From an uncultured Gemmatimonadales bacterium (GTDB lineage Bacteria > Gemmatimonadota > Gemmatimonadetes > Gemmatimonadales > GWC2-71-9), in the NCBI GenBank assembly GCA_963828735.1, contig CAWHFW010000005.1, positions 2,400,001-2,464,000 of the forward strand: DNA of 64,000 nt, written 5' to 3'. The position numbers and the translations under genes were made by a program. Of this stretch, positions 30,479-41,606 are shown piece by piece. Below the pieces are notes generated by a model that searched no databases, was not told the origin of the DNA, and was given only the letters and a program-made list of their open reading frames with translations. The number at the start of each line of letters is the position of its first letter. Within the stretch, counting starts at the first letter, position 1.

Positions 30479-31293
30479 TCCTTCGGCGACTCCCCGTACG
30501 CAACCTGCTGCTCCTCCTGCTCGCCCGATCCGTGGGCGCGCAGGAGGCGTCGAGCAACCAGCCGATTTCCGACAACAGCTTTCTGATCGAAGAGGCCTAC
30601 AACCAGGAAGCTGGAATCGTGCAGCACATCAGCACCTTCCTACGCCCGGACGGCGGCGGCAGCTGGGCCTATTCGTTCACGCAGGAATGGCCTTTCCTGG
30701 GGAGCGTGCACCAGCTGAGCTATACGATCCCCGTCCTGAGCGACTCGGGGAACGGGACAGGGCTCGGGGACATCCTCCTCAACTACCGCTATCAGCTCGT
30801 CGCCAACGGCGACGACGGGCTGCATGTCGCCCCTCGCCTGAGCGCCGTCCTTCCCTCGGGGGATGAGCGCCGGAGCCGGGGCAGGGGAGGCCTGGGAATC
30901 CAGACGAATCTCCCGCTCAGCATTCGGCCGCGCTCGTGGCTCGCGCTGCACGCCAACGCGGGCTTGACCTGGACGCCGGACGCGAAGAACCAGGACGGTG
31001 AGACGGCCACTACCTTGGACACCAACCTTGGCGGCAGCGCCATCTGGCTGCTCCGGCGCAATTTCAATCTGATGCTGGAGCTCTTGTGGCTGCGCAATCA
31101 GGGAGTGGTAGGCCCCGGTCGACACGGCACGGCGGATCTCGTGTTCCTCAATCCGGGTGTCCGATGGGCCTTCGACTTCGCCAGTGGTCTCCAGATCGTG
31201 CCGGGAGTGGCGTACACGCTCGGCCTCACGGACGCCGCCGGCAAGAACGTGCTGTTCCTGTACCTCAGCTTCGAGCATCCCTTCCGGCATTAG
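30475..31293 (+). CDS. Putative outer-membrane beta-barrel (transporter/porin-like)
   Basis: GTG overlaps the mntH stop; signal peptide; [17 protein letters not shown] motif; C-terminal LYLSFEHPF. Confidence 0.72.
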   Translation: MILRRLPVRNLLLLLLARSVGAQEASSNQPISDNSFLIEEAYNQEAGIVQHISTFLRPDGGGSWAYSFTQEWPFLGSVHQLSYTIPVLSDSGNGTGLGDILLNYRYQLVANGDDGLHVAPRLSAVLPSGDERRSRGRGGLGIQTNLPLSIRPRSWLALHANAGLTWTPDAKNQDGETATTLDTNLGGSAIWLLRRNFNLMLELLWLRNQGVVGPGRHGTADLVFLNPGVRWAFDFASGLQIVPGVAYTLGLTDAAGKNVLFLYLSFEHPFRH

Positions 31294-31354
31294 GTTTCGC
31301 TGCACCACAGCGCACGCCACCCTGTGGCGTGTGGCTTTCCTGTGGTGACCTTCG

Positions 31355-32197
31355 ATGAACGCACTCGCCGGCCTTTACCTCGTTCTCCTGATAGGCGCGA
31401 CGGCCGTGGGCGCCGACGGACAGGGCGGAAGCGGGCTCCCCGAGGTTGCCGTCGAGCGCCGCCTCGCCCGGGAGCTGTCGCTGCGAGTGGGTGACACCAT
31501 TCGCCTGGGGACGGCTCCCGACTCGATGCGCGCCATCGCCACCGTCGCGGCGATCTACGAGCCGCGCCCCGATCCCGCGGAGGTCACCAGGGACGAGCGG
31601 CGCGTCCGCCTGCACCTGCCCGATCTGGCCGCGCTGCTCGGACAGCCGGACCGCGTCGACCGCTTCGGGATCGGGCTCGTGCCGGGCACGCCGGTGGACA
31701 GCGCGGTCGCCGAGCTCGAACGCAGCGCGTTCGGATACCGTGCCTATGGGTCGCGGTCCATCGCCGCCGAATCCTCCCAGACCTTCCTCGTCGTGAGCCG
31801 ATTCCACCGCGCCATCGCCGTCATCACGATCGTCGCGAGCGCGGTCTTCCTCCTGTGCCTCATGATCCTCAAGGTCGAGGAGCGGCGGATGGACGCCGCA
31901 GTCATGCGCTTCGTCGGTGTCCGTCGGCGAACCATTTTCGGCGCGCTGCTGCTCGAGGCGGCCGTCGTGGCAGTGGCGGGATCCGCACTTGGCACCGGCC
32001 TCGCCCTGCTGGCGGGTGCCGCCACCAATGCCTACTATCGCCGCTTCTTCGACACCGCGCTCACGTTCTCGCTCATCACGCCGGAGATCGTGTTGTTCAG
32101 CGTGGCGCTGTCGCTCGCCCTCGGCGTGGTCGTGGGGGCGGTGGCGGCCTGGCGGCTGGTGCACACGCGGCCGATGGTGCTCTGGGGACGCGGATGA
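31355..32197 (+). CDS. FtsX/MacB-like ABC permease
   Basis: VEERRMDAAVMRFVG, C-terminal TMs. Confidence 0.85.
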   Translation: MNALAGLYLVLLIGATAVGADGQGGSGLPEVAVERRLARELSLRVGDTIRLGTAPDSMRAIATVAAIYEPRPDPAEVTRDERRVRLHLPDLAALLGQPDRVDRFGIGLVPGTPVDSAVAELERSAFGYRAYGSRSIAAESSQTFLVVSRFHRAIAVITIVASAVFLLCLMILKVEERRMDAAVMRFVGVRRRTIFGALLLEAAVVAVAGSALGTGLALLAGAATNAYYRRFFDTALTFSLITPEIVLFSVALSLALGVVVGAVAAWRLVHTRPMVLWGRG

Positions 32198-33384
32198 GGG
32201 GTGTCGCCTGGGGCCTCCGGAGCCTCGTGCGCCAGCCGCTTCGCACGGGCCTCTCGTTGACGGGCATCGCGGTCGCCGCAGCGATGCTGCTGGACATGGT
32301 CATGCTGAGTGGCGGCATCGACAAGTCGTTCTCCGAACTCGTGCTCCGCCGCGGGTTCCAGATGCGCCTCACGCCCAAGGGCACGCTGCCGTTCGACAGC
32401 GAGGCGAGCATGGCGGGCGCCTCGCGGATCCTCGCCACGCTGCGCAGCGACCCGGACGTGGCCGCTGCCGGGGCGGTCCTCGGCACGTCGCTATACGGAC
32501 GGAGCTCCGATTCGCTGGTCACGCTCTTCGGCTACGGCATCGAGCCGGAGGCGCAGGCGCTGTACCAGCTCATGGCGGGACGCGATCTCGCGCCAGGCGA
32601 TACCGCCGGGGTCGTGCTGAGCGAGCCGGCGGCTCGCATGCTCCGGGCCTCGATCGGCGATACCGTCACGCTGATCGGTCGCTTGGACCCGCAGGTCGTC
32701 ACCGCCACCCTGGGCCGCCGTCTCGTGGTGCGCGGCACGGTCCGCTGGATCTACGACTCTCGCGGCCAGCCATCGGTCGGCACCGTGCTGCCGGTCATGC
32801 AGCGGCTGGCCAGGCAGTCCGTGGATCGCGCCTCCGTGATCCTGGTGAAGGCCCGCCAGGATGCCGCGGTGCCGGCATTGACCGAGCGCGTGCGGCGGCG
32901 GCTTCCCCAGGTCGAGGTCAACAACGTCGCCGATCTCGTCGCCCATTTCCGGGAGCGCCTGGTCTACTTCCGCCAGCTTTCGTACATCCTCGGTAGCATG
33001 AGCCTGATCGTGACGGTGCTGCTGATCGCCACTCTGCTCACGATCACCGTGAACGAGCGGCTGGGCGAGATCGCCACACTGCGGGCCATCGGCGTGAGTC
33101 GGGCCACGGTGGTGCGTCAGGTCCTGACGGAGGGCACGGCGCTGACGCTGGCGGGAGCAGGGTTCGGCATCCTGCTGGGATTGGCCACCGCACGGTACCT
33201 GGACGCCATCCTCACCAGCTTCCCCGGCCTTCCCGCGGCGTTCTCCTTCTTCGTTCCCCGGGCGGAGGCGCTGGCGTTCGCGGCGCTCGTACTCCTCGTG
33301 ACCGGGACGATCGCGGGCCTCTACCCGGCCTGGCTCGCCTCGCGCGCGCCCATCGCCGTCACGCTTCGGGCCGAGGCTACGTGA
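32194..33384 (+). CDS. MacB/LolE-like ABC permease
   Basis: RTGLSLTGIAVA, VNERLGEIATLRAIG, YPAWLASR. Confidence 0.88.
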   Translation: MRGVAWGLRSLVRQPLRTGLSLTGIAVAAAMLLDMVMLSGGIDKSFSELVLRRGFQMRLTPKGTLPFDSEASMAGASRILATLRSDPDVAAAGAVLGTSLYGRSSDSLVTLFGYGIEPEAQALYQLMAGRDLAPGDTAGVVLSEPAARMLRASIGDTVTLIGRLDPQVVTATLGRRLVVRGTVRWIYDSRGQPSVGTVLPVMQRLARQSVDRASVILVKARQDAAVPALTERVRRRLPQVEVNNVADLVAHFRERLVYFRQLSYILGSMSLIVTVLLIATLLTITVNERLGEIATLRAIGVSRATVVRQVLTEGTALTLAGAGFGILLGLATARYLDAILTSFPGLPAAFSFFVPRAEALAFAALVLLVTGTIAGLYPAWLASRAPIAVTLRAEAT

Positions 33385-34055
33385 CCGTGCCGCCCCTGCT
33401 CGCCCGGGAGCTCCGTAAGGACTATCCGATGAACGGCGTGACCGTCCACGCGCTGCGGGGCGTGTCCCTTCGAGTCGATCGTGGCGATTACGTCGCCATC
33501 GCCGGCCCCTCGGGCAGCGGGAAGTCCACCCTGCTGCAGCTCCTCGGCGGCATCGACACGCCCTCGGCCGGGAGCGTGGAAATTCTCGGAACGAGGCTCG
33601 ACACGTTGAGCGACGGCCAGCTCACACGCCTGCGCCTCACGCGGCTCGGATTCATCTTTCAGCGCTTCCACCTCCTGCCGGTCCTCACGGCCCGTGAGAA
33701 CGTCGAGCTCCCGATGGCCGAGGCAGGCGTCTCCCGGGTCGATCGCCGAGCGCGCGCCCGCGAGCTGCTCGCGTACGTCGGGCTCGCTCACCGCGCGGAG
33801 CACCGGGCGACGCAGCTCTCCGGCGGCGAGATGCAACGTGTCGCGATCGCCCGCGCGCTCGCCAACCGGCCGGCGGTCCTCCTCGCCGATGAGCCCACCG
33901 GCGAGCTGGACGCGGCCACGGGCCATGACATCCTCGACCTCTTCCGACGCCTCAATGCCGACGGCACCACGCTTGTCGTGGTGACGCACGACGAGCGGCT
34001 CGCCGCGGAGGCGGCGCGGGTCATCCACATGCTCGACGGGAGCATTCGCGACTGA
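33381..34055 (+). CDS. LolD/MacB-type ABC ATPase
   Basis: GPSGSGKS, LSGGE, LADEPTG, VTHD. Confidence 0.93.
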   Translation: MTVPPLLARELRKDYPMNGVTVHALRGVSLRVDRGDYVAIAGPSGSGKSTLLQLLGGIDTPSAGSVEILGTRLDTLSDGQLTRLRLTRLGFIFQRFHLLPVLTARENVELPMAEAGVSRVDRRARARELLAYVGLAHRAEHRATQLSGGEMQRVAIARALANRPAVLLADEPTGELDAATGHDILDLFRRLNADGTTLVVVTHDERLAAEAARVIHMLDGSIRD

Positions 34056-35515
34056 TGCTGCTCACCCTGGCCTTCCGCCACCTGTGGGTTCGGAAGCTCC
34101 GCTCGCTCTTCCTCCTGCTGGGATTCTCGCTGGGAGTCGGGGTGATGGTGGTGCTGCTGTCCGTTGGCGAGGCCATGCTCGACCAGAGTCGGGACGTCTC
34201 GCTCGTCGGAGGCGGTGAGGTGACCGTGCTCCCGCTCGGGATCGACATCGAGGCGATGCGCACCGGCGGTCTCAGCAGCATGTACTTCGGCATCGACCGC
34301 GCCCGGTTCCTGACCCGTCAGGCGCTCGGCGGCCCGCGGTACGCCGCCGTGATCCGCGCCGTCGCGCCGGGCATCGAGGGCAAGCTCCTCTATCTGTGCA
34401 AGGACCAGGGCGCCTGCCGTCCGACGGCGGTCCGCGCGGGCGCCGAGATCCCGAGCCGCGCCGCCGCGCTGGGAGCCGGCCTCGACGTCCGCGAGGGCCG
34501 CTGGGGCGACACCCCCGGCGACTCGGCGTACGTCGCTCCGACCGCCCAACAGCTCTATGACGAGCTGGACCGGTTCCATATCCCCGCCAAGCCCGACAGC
34601 ACCTGGGGCGAGTGGCAGTACTTCAACCTCACGGTCTCGCCCCACGAGTGGTGGTACGTGACGTATCTGGTCGGCGGTGCGGTGCCGACCGGCCGGTGGG
34701 GAGGCAGGCTCCTCGTGACGCATCGCCGGGCCGACGGCGGCTATGAGCGCTTCACGACAGACGTCCCGGCCGAGCAGGTGTCGCTCGACACCGCCGCGGC
34801 GGACCTGGTCATCGGCGCGAGCTCCGTCCGGCAACGGGACGGGGTCTATCGCCTCGTGGCTCGTGCTAGGGGCGAGCGGGGTCCACTTCGGCTGGACCTC
34901 GAGATCCGCCCGGAGACCAATCGCTATTTCCCGCCCGTGGAGCTTCGTGACGACGAGTTCCTCTCGGGATACGTCGTACCGGGCCTCGGCGCCGCCGCCA
35001 GCGGCACGATCTGCGTCGCGGGTCACTGTGACCGTCTTTCGGGCGCGCCGGCCTATCACGACCACAACTGGGGGGTATGGCGGGACGTGACCTGGGAATG
35101 GGGCGCCGCCCGCGGCGCAGCGCTGAGCCTCCTGTACGGCGGGGTCTACGGGCCCGAACACGAACGGAGCGGAACGCGCGCCGTGACGTCACCGTTCTTT
35201 CTCACGCTCGTCGACTCGCTTGGCGTGCGACAGGTGCTGCGGTTCGGTCATCTGGCCTACGAAGGCGCGATGCCGGCCGAGGGCGCACGAGATGCCCTGG
35301 CGCCCGCGCGCTTCTCGCTCCTGGCCACGAGGGGGGCGGACAGCGTGCGACTCGCGGTCGAGGTCGAGCACGCGCTCGCAAGCGAGATGCGCGCCTCGGC
35401 GTTCGACCGGCTGTTCTTCCAGATGCGGGGGCGCTTCACGCTGCGTGGACGCGTGGCTGGCGCAGAGGTGAGCGACACTGGCCGGGGCTTCTTCGAGACT
35501 TATCGCACCAGATAG
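34055..35515 (+). CDS. ABC-permease N-terminus fused to lipocalin-like (CrtC/AttH-like) domain
   Basis: N-terminal RSLFLLLGFSLGVGV TM; EWQYFN and YHDHNWG motifs; C-terminal GRGFFE. Confidence 0.65.
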   Translation: MLLTLAFRHLWVRKLRSLFLLLGFSLGVGVMVVLLSVGEAMLDQSRDVSLVGGGEVTVLPLGIDIEAMRTGGLSSMYFGIDRARFLTRQALGGPRYAAVIRAVAPGIEGKLLYLCKDQGACRPTAVRAGAEIPSRAAALGAGLDVREGRWGDTPGDSAYVAPTAQQLYDELDRFHIPAKPDSTWGEWQYFNLTVSPHEWWYVTYLVGGAVPTGRWGGRLLVTHRRADGGYERFTTDVPAEQVSLDTAAADLVIGASSVRQRDGVYRLVARARGERGPLRLDLEIRPETNRYFPPVELRDDEFLSGYVVPGLGAAASGTICVAGHCDRLSGAPAYHDHNWGVWRDVTWEWGAARGAALSLLYGGVYGPEHERSGTRAVTSPFFLTLVDSLGVRQVLRFGHLAYEGAMPAEGARDALAPARFSLLATRGADSVRLAVEVEHALASEMRASAFDRLFFQMRGRFTLRGRVAGAEVSDTGRGFFETYRTR

Positions 35516-35528
35516 ATTCCGCGCGTCC

Positions 35529-38443
35529 ATGAGCGAGCTCCTCGACCGGCTCCGGGCCGCGCTGGCCGGCCGCTACGGCCTCGAAGGCGAGGCGGGCGCG
35601 GGTGGATGGCGATTGTCTACCGGGCGCACGACGTCCGGCACAATCGCACGGTCGCGCTCAAGGTCGTCCGTCCGGAGCTGGTCGGCGCCCTGGGCATCGA
35701 TCGGTTTCTGCGCGAGATCGAGCTCGCCGCCAGCCTTCAGCACCCGCACATCCTTCCGGTGTTCGACAGCGGCGCCGTGGACGAAGGCACTCCGCGGGCC
35801 GTGCCGTGGTTCGTCATGCCGTTCGTGGAGGGGGAGTCGCTCCGCCAGCGACTTCAGCGGAGCGGGCGCCTCCCGGTGGATGACGCCGTCGCGCTGGCGG
35901 GCGAGGTGGCGGACGCGCTCGCCTACGCGCACGCTCACGGCGTCGTCCACCGTGACGTGAAGCCGGAAAACATCCTGCTGACCGGAGGCCACGCGGTCGT
36001 GGCCGACTTCGGCGTCGCCAAGGCGATCGAACGCGGCGCCGCGGTGACCGCGACCTCGGGCACCACGCCGCAGCTCACGCGCGTGGGCATCGCGGTCGGC
36101 ACGCCGGAGTACATGAGCCCCGAGCAGGCCACCGGCGCCGACGTCGTGGACGCGCGCGCCGACCAGTACAGCCTCGCCTGCGTCCTGTACGAGATGCTGA
36201 CTGGCACGCCCCCGTTCACCGGCGCCAATCCCCAATCGGTCATCGCCCAGAGCATGACGGCCCCGCGCCCTCGCGTGGCGAAGCTTCGCCCGGACGCGCC
36301 CGCCGAGCTCGAGCGCGTCGTCGTCCGGGCGATGGCCGCCGACCCCGCGGAGCGCTTTCCCGACATGACCGCGTTCGGCGCCGCGCTCCGCGTGTCCCGC
36401 GGGTCAGGCGCCGTCGTCGGCCGGCGTGCCCTGGTGATCGGCGGAGTGGCGATCGCGGTGATCGCCGCGCTGGTCGGGGCGTGGCTCGGCACGCGCGCCA
36501 GCGCACACAAGGTGGCGCCCGCGGCGGAGGTGCTCGCGATCCTGCCGTTCAATGCCAGCGGCCCGGGCGTCGGGTTGCTGGGCGAGGGCATGGTGGACCT
36601 GCTCTCGACCAACCTGCGAGGGGTGGGCGGTATCCGGACGATCGAGCCGCGCGCCGTGCTGCACCGCTGGTCGAGTCGAGGCAAGAGCGGCACCGACGAG
36701 GTGAGCGACGCCCTGGCGCTTGGCCGGGAGCTCGGGGCCGGAAGCGTGGTGGTGGGAAGCGCGGTGTCCACCGGCCCCCGCGTCCGGCTCGCCGCCGATC
36801 TCTACGCCGTCGGCGGCGACCGGCTGGGCCGGGCCCAGGTGGACGGCCCCGCCGACAGCGTGCTCGGCCTGGTGGACCGGCTCAGCGTGGCGCTCCTGCG
36901 CGACGTGTGGCGCTCGCGCGAGCCGCTGCCGAGCCTCCAGATCGCCGGGCTCACGACCGACTCGCTCGCCGCCTTGCGCGCCTACCTCGAGGGCGAGCAG
37001 GCCTACCGACGGGTGGCGTTCGACACCGCGCTCGCCGCCTACACTCGGGCCATCGAGGTGGACTCGACCTTCGCGCTCGCGCACCTCCGCCGGGCGCTGG
37101 TATACGGCTGGACGGGGGGCTACGGCAGCGCCCAGTCCAACCAGGCCGCCGAAGCCGCGTTCCGGTTCGCCAACCGGCTTCGGCCGCAGGAGCGCCGCCT
37201 GCTCGACGGCTATCACGCCTTCGAGCTGGGTGAGCCCCGCGCGATCGACTCGCTCCGCGCGTTCGTCAACGCCTATCCCGACGACCTGGAAGGCTGGTAT
37301 CTCTACGGCGAAGCCCTGTACCATCTGCGGGCCTTCGCGCCGGTGAGCCCCGATTCCACCATTCACGTGCTCGATCACGTGCTTCGGGCGGACTCGACGC
37401 TGGTACCGGCGGTCATTCACCAGCTCAACCTGAGCGTCATCTACCTGAATCGCGATCAGTACTATCGATCACGGCGCCTTTTCGACCGGTACGCCCCGCC
37501 GCTCCATCGTGACGCGGAGGATCTGGCCGCGGCCATCGCGTTCGGTCCGCCTCCCCCCGACTCGTTCTTCGCGCGCGTCACGTCCCAACGCTTCGGCGCG
37601 ATCGGGATCATGGCCGTCGGCACGGTGTGGCGCCGCCCCATGGCCACTTCCGACACCGTGCTCGACCTCTTCCGCTGGGCCGCGCGCTCCGGTCCGGGGA
37701 CGCCCGGGTTCCGGATGACCGAGCTGCTCGCTCGTATGTACGCGACCGTCGGCCTGGGACGGCTCAAGGAGGCACTGCCGCTCATTGACTCGCTCAAGAC
37801 AATCGCGCCGGGTCCGGCCGCTGGGGCGATCGCCGGGCCCATCGCTCTGGGCATCGCGCCCCCCTCGTTCGGCGGACACCGCCTCGACAGCCTGATGGCC
37901 TCCACGCCGCCCGGAGCGTTGCGTCAGTACGGGAGGGCGTTCTTCGCGCTGAGTCGAGGCGACGTGGCGGCGGGTCGACGTGAGGTGGAGGAAGGGCTGG
38001 CCCTTGGAGACACGATCGGACCAACCATGCACGGGATGCTGGTGGCCACTGGTGGCTGGGCGTCCCTCGTGGCGGGCGACACGCTCGCGGGCGTGCGCCA
38101 ATTGCGGCAGGGAATCAACGAGGTCTCGGGACCAACCGCCGCTCCGATGTCCGCCTTTCTCCGCTTCCAGCTGGCGTTGGCGCTCTCCGCGCGTCCGGAG
38201 ACGCGAGAGGAAGGCATCCGCTGGCTGCGCTACGCCTTCGACGATCCGGAGAGCTACCTGATCCCGCTCACGTATCTCGCCCTGGGCCGGGCGTGGGAGG
38301 CGGGAGGGCAGCCCGACTCGGCGCTCTACGCGTACGGCAAGTTCGTTCGGCTGTGGGACCGCGCCGATCCATCGTTGCAGGGCAGGGTACACGAAGCGCG
38401 CGAGGCGATGACGAGACTGAGCGCGGAGCGGAAGGGGAACTGA
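35529..38443 (+). CDS. Ser/Thr protein kinase with TM and TPR-like sensor region; frameshift at ~35604
   Basis: MSELLDRLRAALAGRY..GAG in one frame, MAIVY..VALK, HRDVKPEN, DFG, GTPEYMSPEQ in the next. Confidence 0.9.
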
Positions 38444-38688
38444 GGCGGGCGGGGCGCCCAACGCGGCACCCTAGAGTCCCACCCGCACCGGCACCCCTGC
38501 GGCCCCGAACCGGAACGCGCTGGTCGTGGAGCTCACGGCGCTGTTGGTCAGGCCCCCGAACGCCTCCACCCGATTTCCCGTGCCCCACCGCCGGCTCAGA
38601 GTCAAAGGCGGTTTGCCCCCGCGACGCTCGGGTGAGTGCCACTATCGTCACAGCGCGGAGTGCCCGCGAAGGATGTATGTTGGAAGGT

Positions 38689-39126
38689 ATGCCCTCGGAG
38701 GAACTTCCCCAGACTCTTGCGCCTGAGCAAGCGCCTGACACGCGTGCGGTCGGCCGAGCCCTGATAGACACCTTCGGAAAAGGGTGGGCCAAGCCTAACA
38801 TCGACCAGCTGATGTCAGTCTTCACACCAAGCGCGGTTTTCGTCGAAACGCCGTTTTCCGAACCGGTGCGCGGGGCCGAAGCCATCCGGCGCTGGTGGCT
38901 CGACGCCCCCTACAGTCAATCCGAGATCACCTTCACCTCGGGCGAGATCTACGCCGCAGGACCCTGGTTCTCGACCGAGTTCAAGTGCGTGTTCCGGCGG
39001 AAGCGGACCGGTGAGTGGGTGGACGCTCGGGGAGCGATCTTTTGTGAAACGGACCGGGGCCTAATCAGTGAGATGCGGATGTATTGGCATCGCTGGAATG
39101 GTGGTCGCGAGACCAGCAAGGCCTAG
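38689..39126 (+). CDS. SnoaL/NTF2-like protein
   Basis: FTPSAVFVETPF..RGAEAIRRWW, MRMYW; GGAAGG RBS. Confidence 0.8.
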   Translation: MPSEELPQTLAPEQAPDTRAVGRALIDTFGKGWAKPNIDQLMSVFTPSAVFVETPFSEPVRGAEAIRRWWLDAPYSQSEITFTSGEIYAAGPWFSTEFKCVFRRKRTGEWVDARGAIFCETDRGLISEMRMYWHRWNGGRETSKA

Positions 39127-39241
39127 CCGTTCCGGCCGGCCATCCTCAAAGAGGACAGTCGCTTGGGCCGGAGAGCTTCAAAGAGGACGACAGGGAACCG
39201 GACGCTGTCACTAAGTGTTGACAGCTCATGGCAGTAGCCTG

Positions 39242-39257
39242 TGGCACAGGGCTGGCA
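39242..39257 (+). promoter_or_regulatory. Possible sigma54 promoter
   Basis: TGGCAC-AGGGC-TGGCA has GG-N10-GC spacing with an imperfect -12, about 90 bp upstream of 39344. Confidence 0.3.
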
Positions 39258-39343
39258 GTGCGGAATACGGACTTCTGTGTGATCTACAACCCGGTGCCTA
39301 GTCGAAGTTTCCACGCTGGAACAGCGGTAATTCGGGAGGTGCC

Positions 39344-41041
39344 ATGATCACGGCCCTGCTCCTTCCCCTCCTCGCTCTCGGCGGCCCACGCGAGGCGGTG
39401 CGGTCCGTGGGTAGCGATGACCCGGCCATCCAGATTTGGATCAGCAACGATCGCCGGTTTCTCCCCGGAGACGGCGCCAAGGTGCAGGTCCGCACCCGCG
39501 AGGATGGCTATCTCCTCGTGCTTCATACCGATCCTGACGGCAACCTCCGAGTGCTGTTCCCGCTGGATCCGGGAAACGACGACTTCATCCGAGGTGGGAC
39601 CAAGTACGAGATCAAGGGTCGAGGCGGTCGCGAGACGTTCACGGTGGGCGATCGCCGCGGCCAAGGGACGGTGTACGCCGTCGTGTCCCGCGATCAGTTC
39701 CGCTTCGATGAGTTCGTGCTGGGCGATCATTGGGACTACCGCAAACTGGCGCCCGGCCGCCTCTCGGCCAACCCCGAGCAGGAGCTGAACGACCTGGTTC
39801 GCCGCATGGTGGACAACAGCTTCGACTACGACATCCTCACGTACGACGTGCTGGAACACGTCGTCTATGCCTCGGAGTACAACTCCGGCTACTACGACGG
39901 CTGCGGGTACTCGTACTCGTGCGGCGGGTCGTATTACGGCTCCTACGGGTTCTCCGTAGGCCTGTTCTTCGGATGGCCGTACTATCGGCGTCCGTACTAC
40001 GATCCATTCTTCGTCGGGGTCACCCCGTACTACAGCCCGTTCTTCTACAGTCCCTACTACTACCATCCGTACTACTACCGGCCATACTACGCGCCCGCGT
40101 ATTACCCGGGCTACGGGTACCCCTACTACGGGTACTACGGATCTCCCTATTACTACGGCAATCACTACTACGGCTACTCCGGCAATCATTACTACGGCAA
40201 CTACGGCAATCGGTACTATCCGGGCGGCGCTGGAGGTCCCTTCACTCCGTATCGTTTCCGGCCGGCGGATGGAGCGTCCGCCAACTACCGCGGCCGTCAA
40301 TTCGTGAACACGGTCTATATGCCGCCGGCGGTGCGCGGCCGGTCAGTGAGCGCGAGCCCCGTCCGTCGCGTCACCGACACGCGGCCGGCTGCCGCTGCTC
40401 CAACGATCGACGGTCGCGCCAGGGTCCCTGCCGGGGAGGCAGGTGCGGCCCGTCGCGCCGCGGATCGTACGCCCTCACACTCGGCTGACGCGAACGGGCG
40501 ACGGGTCGAAAACCGCATGGCTCAACCGAGCATCGACGCGCGACGCGCGCGCCAGCCTGAACAGGTGAGGAGCATCATTCCAGACAGCCGCAGCCGGGCC
40601 GACGCGCCGAACATGCCGACGGAGATTCGCGTGAGCCGCACCGACGATACGCCCCGACGGGCAGTGGACCGTTCGTCGGAGTCGCGCGGCAACGGCACGC
40701 CACAGCGCATCGAGGCCCGGCCGGCGCATCGGGACGAGGGCAGCCGGTCTGATGGAGGCGGGTATGCAGCCCGGGACACTCGCGGCGATGCGCAGCCCGA
40801 CCCGCGCCGTGCCGACGCGCAGTCCGGTGAGGCGAGCGGAGTGTATCGCCCCGAGCCACGGTCGGACGATCGTGGAGGGGACCGCGGCGGGAGTCGCGGC
40901 GGCGATCGTGGCAGCGATCGTGGCAGCTATTCTCCGCCTTCGCGCTCGGCACCGCCATCCGGGGGGGGCGGGACGTGGGGTGGGTATGGGGGTGGCGGTG
41001 GTGGTGGCGGTGGTGGCGGCGGAGGGTTCCGCCGGCGGTGA
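39344..41041 (+). CDS. DUF4384 domain protein with Tyr/Gly-rich and Arg/Gly-rich low-complexity tail
   Basis: DGYLLVLHTDPDGNLRVLFP; GGAGG RBS; YYG repeats. Confidence 0.8.
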   Translation: MITALLLPLLALGGPREAVRSVGSDDPAIQIWISNDRRFLPGDGAKVQVRTREDGYLLVLHTDPDGNLRVLFPLDPGNDDFIRGGTKYEIKGRGGRETFTVGDRRGQGTVYAVVSRDQFRFDEFVLGDHWDYRKLAPGRLSANPEQELNDLVRRMVDNSFDYDILTYDVLEHVVYASEYNSGYYDGCGYSYSCGGSYYGSYGFSVGLFFGWPYYRRPYYDPFFVGVTPYYSPFFYSPYYYHPYYYRPYYAPAYYPGYGYPYYGYYGSPYYYGNHYYGYSGNHYYGNYGNRYYPGGAGGPFTPYRFRPADGASANYRGRQFVNTVYMPPAVRGRSVSASPVRRVTDTRPAAAAPTIDGRARVPAGEAGAARRAADRTPSHSADANGRRVENRMAQPSIDARRARQPEQVRSIIPDSRSRADAPNMPTEIRVSRTDDTPRRAVDRSSESRGNGTPQRIEARPAHRDEGSRSDGGGYAARDTRGDAQPDPRRADAQSGEASGVYRPEPRSDDRGGDRGGSRGGDRGSDRGSYSPPSRSAPPSGGGGTWGGYGGGGGGGGGGGGGFRRR

Positions 41042-41138
41042 GCCGGCTGCCTGACAACACCCCGGCATGGCAGAGGGGGCATGACCGAAGTCATGCCCCC
41101 GCTGCATTTCTGCGCTACCGTCGACTGGGTGCTCGAAG

Positions 41139-41606
41139 TCAGGGGGGAGTATGCCGCTGGGCATACCCGGTCCCCCACTCCAGGAGCTCGGCGCTGCGCA
41201 AGCCGACGCGCATGGCCTGGCCGACCGCGTCCTCCTCTTCGAGCCCATGATCCAGCATGAGAAATGGCAGCAACGCGCCGCCGACGCGGTTCCCACTTCC
41301 GCAGTGGACGAACACCTGGCGATCGCCGGCCCCACGAAGGATCTCGAGGACGCGGTCGAGCGTCTCGTCGGTCATCGTGCCGCCGGCGACCGGCACGTTC
41401 TCGTATTCGAGGCCCAGCGACCGCGCCACGGCCGGCTCGTCGAAGGGACGTGGCTCCATCGGATCGCGCAGGTCGAGTACGAGCTGGCCGCCTGCCGCCT
41501 TGAACGCGGCGAGGTGGGCGGGCGATGGCTGACCCCCGGTGACCACCGTGGAGACCAGCTGGCAGGCGTTGGGAACGCCCTGGAGCGCTTCCATCGGCGA
41601 GCTCAT
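41139..41606 (-). CDS. Cys-based phosphatase/sulfurtransferase (BLH/DUF442-like)
   Basis: GGQPS, HCGSGNR (CX5R); ATGA overlap with the DUF190 gene. Confidence 0.82.
   Translation of the reverse strand: MSSPMEALQGVPNACQLVSTVVTGGQPSPAHLAAFKAAGGQLVLDLRDPMEPRPFDEPAVARSLGLEYENVPVAGGTMTDETLDRVLEILRGAGDRQVFVHCGSGNRVGGALLPFLMLDHGLEEEDAVGQAMRVGLRSAELLEWGTGYAQRHTPP

Noticed and set aside
38444..38688. Possible ncRNA (6S-like) or gene remnant in the intergenic gap
   Set aside because: I could not identify a convincing long hairpin or ORF; an Rfam search would be needed.
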